This document shows, in pieces, positions 37,787-47,093 of a DNA stretch of 64,000 nucleotides. The position numbers were made by a program, and so were the translations under genes. Origin of the DNA: an uncultured virus (IMG/VR IMGVR_UViG_2924862757_000006) (lineage: Duplodnaviria > Heunggongvirae > Uroviricota > Caudoviricetes); IMG/VR virus record IMGVR_UViG_2924862757_000006. The stretch is one strand, 5' to 3'. Numbering within the stretch: position 1 is the first letter of the stretch; each line of letters opens with the position of its first letter. The notes below the pieces were generated by a model. That model ran no database searches, was not told where the DNA came from, and saw only the letters and a program-made list of their open reading frames with translations.

Positions 37787-38329
37787 ATGTTGATTGATGT
37801 TTCATATTTTATGTCAGGTCCCAGGCATATTGAGAATGTTTCGGTCGTTGAAATGCCTTCGCCCCAATCTCTTGCTGTGAATGAGGTGATAAATGGGTAT
37901 ATTAAGGCATTTCAGCCCGAATTTCTCCGGAATGTTGTTGGTGTGACTCTTTCCCAAGCTATCACAGATTATTTGGAGCTTATTGAACGAGAAAAGGAAG
38001 ATTCTTCAGATGAAGTTGATATTTCAGAAGAGAAGGAAGCCCCCCAGTCCGGATATGCAGTATTATGCGAGAAGCTGTGTGAACCGTTCGCTGACTATGT
38101 CTTTTATCATATTCTTCGTGACGCAAACACCCAGGCTACAATAACCGGGCTTGTTCGTTTGAAATGTGCTAATGAATATGTAGCTCCTTTGAAGAGACAA
38201 GTAAGCACATGGAATAGCATGGTAGAGAAGAATAAACAGTTTGTTGAATGGGCTATGTCGAATGATTGTCCTTTCGATGTGAAAATAACCAAGAATCTTT
38301 TGACCCCAATTAATGCTTTCAATTTATGA
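37787..38329 (+). CDS. Putative head-tail adaptor
   Basis: Position and size only. Confidence 0.5.
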   Translation: MLIDVSYFMSGPRHIENVSVVEMPSPQSLAVNEVINGYIKAFQPEFLRNVVGVTLSQAITDYLELIEREKEDSSDEVDISEEKEAPQSGYAVLCEKLCEPFADYVFYHILRDANTQATITGLVRLKCANEYVAPLKRQVSTWNSMVEKNKQFVEWAMSNDCPFDVKITKNLLTPINAFNL

Positions 38330-38898
38330 TAGATTTAGATATAACAGAACTGTTTGAGGAGATTGTAAAGGAACTTCCAGAAGGGCTTGAAATCCTCTAT
38401 CCAAATGGGAAAGGGGGAACTAAAGTTGTGAAATCCCCAAGGTTGAATTACATCTTCGGTAGCAGTCAATATATCAAAGATATTTTAGATGAATACAGTA
38501 AGTCTTCTGCCCAGTCTGAAAGGAAGTTTCCATTGGTTGCACTATTCACTCCAATTAGTGAGGATAGAGGTGACGCGGATTATTTTTCAAAAGCAAAGGT
38601 TTCGTTAATTATAGCATGTTCTTCTTGTAAAGAGTGGAGCAATGAGATGCGCAGAACCACATCTTTTAAAAATATCCTTCGGCCAATCTATAAACGTTTA
38701 TTGGAAGTATTATATGAAGATTCTCGGTTCGACTGCGACTATGACGAAAAAGTGAAACATAGTTATTCAGAAAACTATTCATATGGCAGATACGGAGCCT
38801 ATACAGATTCCGGTGAGGCTGTGAGCGAGCCGATTGATGCCATAAATATACGCTCGATGGAAATAAAAATTAATAATCTTAATTGTAGAAGAAAATGA
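38326..38898 (+). CDS. Putative neck/tail completion protein
   Basis: Position; FPLVAL motif. Confidence 0.5.
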   Translation: MIDLDITELFEEIVKELPEGLEILYPNGKGGTKVVKSPRLNYIFGSSQYIKDILDEYSKSSAQSERKFPLVALFTPISEDRGDADYFSKAKVSLIIACSSCKEWSNEMRRTTSFKNILRPIYKRLLEVLYEDSRFDCDYDEKVKHSYSENYSYGRYGAYTDSGEAVSEPIDAINIRSMEIKINNLNCRRK

Positions 38899-39734
38899 GA
38901 AAGATTAGAACGTGTAAGGGTTCCCGGATGAACACTGGTAGTTCTGCTTGTAGCATTGACTGGAAAAAAGTCAAAGGTGCTATCTTGACAGAACATGGTG
39001 TCAAACTCCCTGCTGATATAACAGGTGAGAAGTTGCTCGAATTGTGCCATGCAGACCGTCCCGGGCGTATTTACCCTATTTTGCCATTTCTGGAGTATGC
39101 CAAGAATGGTGGAGAGCCCCAAGTTAATCCTGTAGGGTACGGTGCAAGTGAATACAACGGGCTTAGCGCTCAAACAGACACCTTCACTTTGAAGAAATTT
39201 GATGAGGTTTTGAATGCCCAGCTTCTGAAATGTGCCAATAAAGGATGGGACGTTTACTTTTGGAATCAGGATAATATGTTGATCGGTTATAATGATGACA
39301 CTGATATCCTTGCCGGTATTCCGATGTCTACTGTTTACCCGACCGTGACACAGTACCCGACCAGTAGTGCTAAGTCTGCGATGACTGTTAGTTTTTCACA
39401 TGAAGATGTGGAAGACAGCCAATTGCACTTTGACTACGTGCAGTTAGACTTCAATCCCAAGAATTTCGTTAAAGGCTTGGTTGATGTTGTGTTTCAAAAG
39501 TTGGAGGCCGAAAATACTTACAAAATAGTTGAAGTTGTTGGTGGTTATGACCGTACAGAAGAATTTGGCAGTCTTATTGCTGATGGTGCTGCTGAAGTTA
39601 TGAATAACGTAACTTCTGCTACATATTCGGATGGTATCATTACCATTGTTCCTAAAGCCGGGGCGGTTCCTTCGTTGAAAGCTCCTTCTGTATTGTATGA
39701 AAAAGGAATCAGAGGTATCGAGCAGGTGTCATGA
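38895..39734 (+). CDS. Putative major tail (tube) protein
   Basis: Position, size and beta-rich composition. Confidence 0.55.
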   Translation: MRKIRTCKGSRMNTGSSACSIDWKKVKGAILTEHGVKLPADITGEKLLELCHADRPGRIYPILPFLEYAKNGGEPQVNPVGYGASEYNGLSAQTDTFTLKKFDEVLNAQLLKCANKGWDVYFWNQDNMLIGYNDDTDILAGIPMSTVYPTVTQYPTSSAKSAMTVSFSHEDVEDSQLHFDYVQLDFNPKNFVKGLVDVVFQKLEAENTYKIVEVVGGYDRTEEFGSLIADGAAEVMNNVTSATYSDGIITIVPKAGAVPSLKAPSVLYEKGIRGIEQVS

Positions 39735-39886
39735 AGGTAGATAATGTTACGTTCGTCGAGGTTGCTGTGAAGGGCATGACGAAGGAAGAGTTTATTAATG
39801 CGCACATTAAAGTCGTGTGGCAGGAACTGAAGGAAGCTGACCGCAAGAAGAAGCTCTCGGAAGTGTACGATGCGATAACTAAGTAA
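39731..39886 (+). CDS. Small tail-region protein (51 aa)
   Basis: ATGA overlap; followed by a hairpin at 39891-39920. Confidence 0.6.
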   Translation: MKVDNVTFVEVAVKGMTKEEFINAHIKVVWQELKEADRKKKLSEVYDAITK

Positions 39887-39935
39887 CCGACGGGCTGGGG
39901 TGTGATTACAGCCCGGCCCGTTATATTTTTACTGT

Positions 39936-40457
39936 ATGGCAGATTTTGATGAATTACATAGAGTTATTCATTCCATTGCATCCGGGTTTGAAGAGGAATG
40001 TATTAGGTGTATGGAAGAACATAAGAATGTACTCGTTGATTGCATTCAGGAACAATTATATTCCGGTCTGGACGGTACTGAACATCTATTGAATCCTGAT
40101 TATGATACTGACACCTATTTTAACGAGCCCGGTCCTTGGCAGAACCGTGCGGAACAATATAAACGATGGAAGGAGAGGATAACTCCACCTCTTAGAAGTG
40201 AGATGCTTTATTTGCCACCGCGTCCGGTTGAGGTACCTAACCTCTTTATTACTGGTACTTTCTATGATAGCATAACTGCCGATAGAATTGATTCCGGGCT
40301 TCGATTCTCAACGAAAGGATTTACGGACGGTAGTTCTATTGAGAAGAAATACGGTGAGCAGATTTTAGGCATTGGTGATACAGCTAAAGAGTACTTTAAT
40401 ATTATGTATCTCCGTCCCTGGATGGAACGTTTCTTTTCAGAATGTGGATATCGGTAG
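39936..40457 (+). CDS. Putative neck/tail protein
   Basis: NLFITGTFYDSI motif resembling HK97 gp10-type proteins. Confidence 0.55.
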   Translation: MADFDELHRVIHSIASGFEEECIRCMEEHKNVLVDCIQEQLYSGLDGTEHLLNPDYDTDTYFNEPGPWQNRAEQYKRWKERITPPLRSEMLYLPPRPVEVPNLFITGTFYDSITADRIDSGLRFSTKGFTDGSSIEKKYGEQILGIGDTAKEYFNIMYLRPWMERFFSECGYR

Positions 40458-40460
40458 AAA

Positions 40461-40649
40461 ATGGCTTGTAGTTGCGAAATAAAAAAGATGCAGAGTGAAC
40501 TGGAACGTATCAGTGATCTTGCAAAGAAAGCAGCTGTCTTGGATGGTTGCATGTATGTCGTTTATCAGAAAGAAGATGGTACCTATGCTTTTGATAAACT
40601 AGGAGTTGAGATAAAAGGAAAGATTGTTGAATATAGACATTACCTGTAA
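40461..40649 (+). CDS. Hypothetical protein
   Basis: Short ORF directly before the tape measure gene. Confidence 0.6.
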   Translation: MACSCEIKKMQSELERISDLAKKAAVLDGCMYVVYQKEDGTYAFDKLGVEIKGKIVEYRHYL

Positions 40650-40651
40650 TT

Positions 40652-43600
40652 ATGGCAGATTTAAAATTAAAAGATTTCGTTGAAGATAGTGAGATTCAAA
40701 AGTTGATTGAACTTGATAATACTATTGGTAAAGTAAGGGAAACTTATAAAAATGCAGCTATTGAGCTTGCAAAAGGTCTAAAGATAAATGTGGACGGCAT
40801 CGCTGACTTGGAGAAGTTAGGTAACATTTATAAAACTCAAGTTAAAGTTGCAGGTTCTGCATCTAACGAATTAACAGAGGCTCTTAGAAAACAGTCTGAA
40901 ATAACCCAAGCCGTAAGCAAGAGGATAGAGGAAAAGTTAAATGTAGAAAAACTGTCTTCTGCTGAATTAAAGAAACTCACTAAGGCTAATCAAGATAATG
41001 CTGTGTCCTTGGAAAAAGCAGCTAAAGCGGAAGCTAACTTGACAAAAGCGCAGAATGTCGGTAATACTACTCGTAAGAAAGCTGTTCTATCTGAAGAAGA
41101 ACGTTTAAAGATTATCCGGTCGGCAATAATACTAACTAATCAGGAAGTACACAGTCGTTCCCAGGCAAAGGAAATGAATAAGCAGCTTCAAAAGGCTGTT
41201 GATTTACTGAAAGATACTGATGAGAATTATATTCGTACGCTTGCCCGTCTTAATTCTACAATCGGAATCAATACCGATTACATAAAGCGAAATTCCGATC
41301 GATATAGTCAACAGAAAATGACCATCGGTGCATATCGGGAAGAAGTAAAGGCGGCATGGATTGAAATACAGAACGGTAATAAGTCCATGCAGAATATGGG
41401 TATTATTGCCCAGAATGCAGGAAGGATGCTTAAAACGGAGATGGCTCCTGGATTAAGTAAAGTTAGTGCCGGATTGAAAGGATGGGCTGCTGGATATATA
41501 GGTGCGCAAGCTGTTGTAAGTGGTGTCGTTGCTCTTTTCACTAAACTTCGTGAGGGTGTAGGTAGTGTTGTTGAATTTGAATTTGCTAATAGCCGGCTTG
41601 CTGCAATACTCGGTACCACATCAGACCAAATAAAAGAATTAACTCTTGATGCTAAAAGGTTGGGAGCTACAACTAAATATACAGCTTCTGAAGCTACCGA
41701 ATTGCAGATTGAATTAGCGAAATTAGGTTTTACAAGAAAAGAAATATTAGATGCAACAGAATCTGTTTTACGTTTTGCTCAAGCTACCGGTGCAGAGTTG
41801 GGAGAGGCTGCTTCGTTGACAGGAGCTGCATTAAGAATGTTTAATGCTGATACCCGTGAGACTGAACGCTATGTATCTGCAATGGCTGTTGCGACAACAA
41901 AGAGTGCATTGTCTTTTTCATATCTTGCTACTGCACTTCCAATCGTGGGGCCAGTAGCTAAAGCGTTTAATTTCTCTATTGAAGATACTTTAGCATTGGT
42001 TGGTAAGTTGGCAGATGCAGGATTTGATGCTTCAATGTCTGCTACTGCTACTCGTAATATTCTTCTAAATTTAGCCGATACAAACGGGGTACTTGCCAAG
42101 TCGTTAGGTGGTCCGGTGAGAACATTACCTGAATTGGTCGCTGGATTGCAAAAATTGAAAGAGCAGGGAGTAGATTTGAATAGTACTCTTGAAATGACAG
42201 ATAAACGAAGTGTCGCTGCTTTCAACGCTTTTTTAACTGCTGCCGATAAAATAGTTCCTTTGCGTGACCAGATTACAGGTGTTGAGAGTGAATTAGGGAA
42301 CATGGCTCATACTATGGAAGATAATGCAAAGGGAGCAATTGCCAGTTTAAGTTCTGCTTGGGAAGCTCTCATGATTTCTTTGGGAAAGAATACTGGCGTT
42401 TTATCTGGAATTATAAATGAATTTACTGAACTTGTTCGTTCTATGCGTGCTGTTATTGCTACTGCTGAAGAGCTTGGTGAAGAAAGATTAGCCAATGCAG
42501 CTCGTAACGGTCAAGAAGCTGCTAAATTGGATAAGGAATGGGTTAAATCTAAGGAGGAAAGTATTGATAGGGTCGCTTTGAAATATAGAAAAGAGGGAGT
42601 TGACGGTGCAGAAGCTTTTGAGAAAGCTAGAGGAGAACAACTTAAAATATTGGAAAGAACTTTATCACAAGAAGAAGCTAGATTGCAACTTTATACTAAA
42701 CGAAACCAAAAGCAGTGGAGTGAGTATAATAATCGTAGTTTATTGAAACAAGGCCTAGGGCTTCAAAAAACTACTAATCAGATGAAAAAAGACATAGATG
42801 AGTCTTTCAAGCTTGTTGAAGAGCAAACTGCATATGTTGCTGGGTTGAAAGAAAAAATGGAGCAAATCAAAGGTATTACCAATGATTATCAAGAGGAAAA
42901 TATGGGAAGTACATTTAACAAACCTCTCACAGATAAAGAAAAACGTGAACTGGAGAAAGCTGCTAAGGAAAAACAAAAGATTAAAGAAACTTATCAAGAA
43001 TCTGAACTCGCCCTCATGGATGAAGGCTTAGAAAAGGAACTTGCTAAAATTGGTTTAGCGTACTCAAAGAAGATTGCTGCTGTTAAGGGTTATAGTAAAG
43101 AAGAAATTGCTATTCGTCAGAATTTGGCGAAAGAAATGCAGGATAAATTAGATGAATTCTCTATTAAGTATAATTCTGACCGTGAAAAGAAAGATGTTGA
43201 GAACGCTCTTGCTGTTGTAAAAAAGGGGTCCCAAGAAGAACTTGATTTGAAATTGCACCAGTTGGAGTTGCAACGTGAAGCAGAAATTGATGCAGCGGAG
43301 AAAACAGGTGAAGATGTTTTTCTCATTGACGAAAAATATGCAAAAAAGAAACAAGAACTTAACGAAAGACATGCATCCGATCAGGTGCAGTTAATTGCAG
43401 AGAATGCAGCGCATGAGCAGGAAATCCGGGATGCTGCATATGTTATGGATACGCTTGCTCTTAAAAAACAGTTAGCTTCTAAGGAAATAACCCAGCAGGA
43501 GTATGCAGAACTTGAATATCAGCTAAAATTAAACTATGCACGTAAAACTGCTGAAGCAGCTATTGATGCTTTGGAGTCCGAACTTGCTACTGCCAATTTG

Positions 43601-44578
43601 AGTACGGATAAAAGGGAGAAACTAGAGGAGAAACTTGCTAAATTGAAAGCAGACCTTGCCCAAAAAGAAGCAGAAGCGGAGATTGAGGCTATCAATAAGG
43701 TTACTAAAGCGGATGAGAAAGCTCAGAAAGAGCGTCAGAAAAACTTGAAAAAGTGGCTTCAAACTGCATCTCAAGCTGTGGGGACCATTGGAAACTTAGT
43801 CTCTTCTATTTATGATGGACAGATTCAGAAAATAGAGGAAGAACGGGAAGCCAATGAGGAAAAGTATGATGAGGATATTGAACGAATAGAGAACTTAGCA
43901 GAATCGGGGGCCATATCTGAAGAGGAAGCAGAAGCACGTAAACGTGCAGCAAAGGATCAGACTGAAGCCAAGAATAAAGAGCTGGAAAGGCAAAAGCAAG
44001 AGATTGCGCATAAGCAAGCTGTTTGGAACAAAGGGGTACAAGTAGCAGAAACGGGAATTGCGACGGCTCGTGGTATTATGGAGGCTTTCCAGTTAGGTCC
44101 GATTGCCGGTGCTGTTATGGCTGCTGTTATCGGGGCAATGGGGGCTATGCAAGTAGCAACAATTCTTGCAACTCCTATTCCTTCCTATGCAGACGGTACT
44201 AAAGGTAATGATAGGCATCCCGGCGGTACCGCTTTAGTTGGTGATGCCGGTAAACATGAAGTTATCATGTATTCCGGAAAAGCATGGATTACTCCTGATG
44301 CTCCAACTTTAGTTGATATTCCTAAAGGTGCACAAGTCTTTCCTGATGTTGATAAGGTAGATATCTCTAATTTTGATATGCCGGATTGGGACTTTCCTAC
44401 ATTTTCACCGACATATTTTGCATCTTCTTCCGGTGACACCATTGTTTTCAATGATTATTCCCGATTAGAAAAAAGGGTTGATAGAACAAATTTTCTTTTG
44501 ATGAAGAGTCTTAAAATGCAGCGTCAGGATGCTTCTAACCGTGAATTTGAACTGTATAAGTTATCTAAACTGAAATAG
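40652..44578 (+). CDS. Tail tape measure protein (TP901-type core)
   Basis: AKRLGATTKYTASEA...LAKLGF core, long coiled coils, VGDAGKHEVI near the C-terminus. Confidence 0.93.
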   Translation: MADLKLKDFVEDSEIQKLIELDNTIGKVRETYKNAAIELAKGLKINVDGIADLEKLGNIYKTQVKVAGSASNELTEALRKQSEITQAVSKRIEEKLNVEKLSSAELKKLTKANQDNAVSLEKAAKAEANLTKAQNVGNTTRKKAVLSEEERLKIIRSAIILTNQEVHSRSQAKEMNKQLQKAVDLLKDTDENYIRTLARLNSTIGINTDYIKRNSDRYSQQKMTIGAYREEVKAAWIEIQNGNKSMQNMGIIAQNAGRMLKTEMAPGLSKVSAGLKGWAAGYIGAQAVVSGVVALFTKLREGVGSVVEFEFANSRLAAILGTTSDQIKELTLDAKRLGATTKYTASEATELQIELAKLGFTRKEILDATESVLRFAQATGAELGEAASLTGAALRMFNADTRETERYVSAMAVATTKSALSFSYLATALPIVGPVAKAFNFSIEDTLALVGKLADAGFDASMSATATRNILLNLADTNGVLAKSLGGPVRTLPELVAGLQKLKEQGVDLNSTLEMTDKRSVAAFNAFLTAADKIVPLRDQITGVESELGNMAHTMEDNAKGAIASLSSAWEALMISLGKNTGVLSGIINEFTELVRSMRAVIATAEELGEERLANAARNGQEAAKLDKEWVKSKEESIDRVALKYRKEGVDGAEAFEKARGEQLKILERTLSQEEARLQLYTKRNQKQWSEYNNRSLLKQGLGLQKTTNQMKKDIDESFKLVEEQTAYVAGLKEKMEQIKGITNDYQEENMGSTFNKPLTDKEKRELEKAAKEKQKIKETYQESELALMDEGLEKELAKIGLAYSKKIAAVKGYSKEEIAIRQNLAKEMQDKLDEFSIKYNSDREKKDVENALAVVKKGSQEELDLKLHQLELQREAEIDAAEKTGEDVFLIDEKYAKKKQELNERHASDQVQLIAENAAHEQEIRDAAYVMDTLALKKQLASKEITQQEYAELEYQLKLNYARKTAEAAIDALESELATANLSTDKREKLEEKLAKLKADLAQKEAEAEIEAINKVTKADEKAQKERQKNLKKWLQTASQAVGTIGNLVSSIYDGQIQKIEEEREANEEKYDEDIERIENLAESGAISEEEAEARKRAAKDQTEAKNKELERQKQEIAHKQAVWNKGVQVAETGIATARGIMEAFQLGPIAGAVMAAVIGAMGAMQVATILATPIPSYADGTKGNDRHPGGTALVGDAGKHEVIMYSGKAWITPDAPTLVDIPKGAQVFPDVDKVDISNFDMPDWDFPTFSPTYFASSSGDTIVFNDYSRLEKRVDRTNFLLMKSLKMQRQDASNREFELYKLSKLK

Positions 44579-44580
44579 TC

Positions 44581-45162
44581 ATGATTGAAAGATTAAATCA
44601 GATAACATTGAATGATTTCATTGAGCTTTCATGCGGAAACTATGCTTGTTTGCTTTCGGGTCGCGAATTTGTGTCAGAGAGCACGCTTAAAGAGATAGCA
44701 TCTAAATTGCTCATTGAATACAGAAGTATTGTTAATCCTTCAAATATGAAGGCTATGGTAATGGACAAAGAGGATATGCTGAAAGAACGTGCCAAACTAT
44801 TGAGTCTTCGTATTTGTCAGGCTCTTGTTTCTCTTGGCTTTTATGATGATGTTCGTCAGGTATTGGGTCAACTAAATGTAGATACCCGAAATATGAGTGA
44901 TGAGCAAGTTATATCGAAGCTTGATTATTTACTTCATTCTGCAATTTTTGAGCAAAAACGGAATGAGGAGAGACGCAGTGAGGAACATAAAGGAAGTAAG
45001 GCTACTCCTGAACAAATTCGTTCTTCTTTTGATGCAGAGATTGCTTTTCTAATGACATTCTTTAAAATGAGTATTGATTCCCGTGTAATTAATGCTGCTG
45101 TCTATGCGAATATCGTTCATCAAGCTGATGTTGAAATATCGATCAGAAAAAGAAGCACATGA
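44581..45162 (+). CDS. Hypothetical tail-region protein
   Basis: Coupled to the tape measure gene. Confidence 0.65.
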   Translation: MIERLNQITLNDFIELSCGNYACLLSGREFVSESTLKEIASKLLIEYRSIVNPSNMKAMVMDKEDMLKERAKLLSLRICQALVSLGFYDDVRQVLGQLNVDTRNMSDEQVISKLDYLLHSAIFEQKRNEERRSEEHKGSKATPEQIRSSFDAEIAFLMTFFKMSIDSRVINAAVYANIVHQADVEISIRKRST

Positions 45163-45269
45163 TAATATTGGTATTACATATATGCTGTAATTCGATTAAT
45201 TTTTAATTAAAGCGAATTATTTCATACAGTCGTTTGTACATCTCCTTTAGAATCACAAACGACTTTTTT

Positions 45270-45557
45270 ATGAATAAAAAAAACAGCATCCATTGTATAA
45301 ATAGGCATTTATACAATGTTTTATTGTCAGAATTACGTACATTAGAGACGAAGTGTAATCGGATAACAGCAGAAGTGTCCGAGGTAAAAAAAATGATTGC
45401 CTTATTGCCCCCCGATATAGGCACTCTTATTAGTTCAATCGAGCGTTCTGCTAAGGAAATGCACGAACAAAGTATCATGCACCGGAAATATGTGGAAAGG
45501 TGCATTAATGGCGAACCGAAGATACACCTAATAAGGAGGGCTGACAATGGACTTTGA
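45270..45557 (+). CDS. Coiled-coil hypothetical protein
   Basis: ATG at 45270; overlaps the sigma gene. Confidence 0.6.
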   Translation: MNKKNSIHCINRHLYNVLLSELRTLETKCNRITAEVSEVKKMIALLPPDIGTLISSIERSAKEMHEQSIMHRKYVERCINGEPKIHLIRRADNGL

Positions 45558-46020
45558 AAAGGAATTATCAGAAATATATCCTTGGATATTAAAGGTGGCA
45601 AGAAAATTCTGCTGTTCCATGCAAGATGCTGAAGACTTAGCCGGTGATACAGTTTATAAGCTACTTGTGAATCGTGATAAATTTGATTGTTCTAAACCGC
45701 TTCAACCGTGGTGCCTTATTATAATGAGGAATACTTATATAATAAGATACAATAGAAATTCCCTTATACATTTTACAGGGCTTGATATGGTAGACGGAAG
45801 TGCCATTTCTAACTGTACAGCTCATTCAATACTGTTTGATGATTTGGTTTCCATAATACAACGGTGTGCTAAAAAATCCCGTTGTATTGATAGTGTGATG
45901 TATTATGCTAGTGGGTATTCTTATGATGAGATAAGTGAAATCCTGAACATTCCTGTTGGAACTGTAAGAAGTCGTATTTCTTCCGGTCGGAAGTTTCTGC
46001 TTCATGAAATTGGATATTGA
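45547..46020 (+). CDS. ECF-type sigma-70 factor
   Basis: DAEDL region 2, W..IMRN, GYSYDEISEILNIPVGTVRSRI region 4. Confidence 0.9.
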   Translation: MDFEKELSEIYPWILKVARKFCCSMQDAEDLAGDTVYKLLVNRDKFDCSKPLQPWCLIIMRNTYIIRYNRNSLIHFTGLDMVDGSAISNCTAHSILFDDLVSIIQRCAKKSRCIDSVMYYASGYSYDEISEILNIPVGTVRSRISSGRKFLLHEIGY

Positions 46021-46060
46021 TGATCGATTAAAAGTGTATGGAAATAACTTTTTTCATAAA

Positions 46061-46116
46061 TATAGCAAAATAGTTATATTTTTATTTGGTGGTTTATAGC
46101 AAAAACGCTATATTTG
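46061..46116 (+). promoter_or_regulatory. hicAB promoter with two operator palindromes
   Basis: TATAGC-N6-GTTATA (46061-78) and TATAGC-N6-GCTATA (46095-112); TTTG-N20-TATATTTG. Confidence 0.7.
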
Positions 46117-46146
46117 TATCGTCTTAAATAAACGGTCTTTTACATT

Positions 46147-46332
46147 ATGAAGTACAATCAGTTTTTTGCGGAACTTACCGCAGCAGGTTGTTACGTTCTT
46201 AGGCATGGGGCTAATCATGATATTTGGTACAGCCCCAAGACAGGAAACAAATTTGCCCTGTCAAGGCATGGCAAACAGGAAGTGCCTACCGGAATGGAAC
46301 GTAAAGCAAGAAAGGTTCTTTTGGGGGAGTAA
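46147..46332 (+). CDS. hicA: HicA toxin
   Basis: RHGANHDIW...RHGKQEVPTG. Confidence 0.9.
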   Translation: MKYNQFFAELTAAGCYVLRHGANHDIWYSPKTGNKFALSRHGKQEVPTGMERKARKVLLGE

Positions 46333-46423
46333 TCCCCCTACCTTTTGCGCTTTATTATCTAAAGGACTGTAAATGTTGAGACAATGGGGTACGGTATATT
46401 GCCGTACTCCTATTTTTAAAGCA

Positions 46424-46825
46424 ATGGATATGAAAGTAACTGTAATCATGGAAAAGGCGAGCGATGGGTATTACTCATGCTTTGTCGAGGAAGATTTACC
46501 CGGCTTTGGTTTGGCAGGGTATGGAGATACGGCGGAAGCCGCGAAAGAGGATATGATGAAAGCATATGAGGAAATAAAGGAGATGCAGGCAGAAGAAGGC
46601 AAGGAAATGCCGGAATTGGAGTTTATCTACAAATATGATATGCAGTCTTTCTTCAACTATTTCTCATTCCTGAATGTTACTAAGGTTGCAGAGTTGGCAG
46701 GTATCAATGCTTCATTGATGAGACAATATACTTCCGGTGTGACAGTAGCCGGACAAAAACAATATGATAAGATACGGGTAGCGGTGGAACGTATATCTAA
46801 AGAACTTTCCGCAGCCACTTTCTAA
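46424..46825 (+). CDS. hicB: HicB antitoxin with C-terminal HTH
   Basis: YSC...LPG..GYGDTAEAAKED; VAELAGINASLMRQY. Confidence 0.88.
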   Translation: MDMKVTVIMEKASDGYYSCFVEEDLPGFGLAGYGDTAEAAKEDMMKAYEEIKEMQAEEGKEMPELEFIYKYDMQSFFNYFSFLNVTKVAELAGINASLMRQYTSGVTVAGQKQYDKIRVAVERISKELSAATF

Positions 46826-47016
46826 AGATAGTGTACCGCTGTGAAGCGAGACCGTTTTAAGACAAAGGCAGGCTCCGTTCCTTTATATATGGGTTCGGAG
46901 CTTTTTTATGAAAGTATTAATTTGTAAATTGAGAATGCAGAAAGTCATAATTATTTTATGTTTTATCTATTGCGTTGAAAAATAAATAGTTATGTCTTGC
47001 TTTTGCAAAATGCAAT

Positions 47017-47067
47017 TTTCAAGAATTTAGCCAATCGGGAAACCGGTTGGCTTTTTCTATATATTTG
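47017..47067 (+). promoter_or_regulatory. Late-promoter motif upstream of the tail-tip operon
   Basis: TTTCAAGAATTT box, GGGAAAC, -7 TATATTTG 35 nt after CAAGA. Confidence 0.65.
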
Positions 47068-47093
47068 CTCGTGAACGTTCAAAACGAGTTAAA

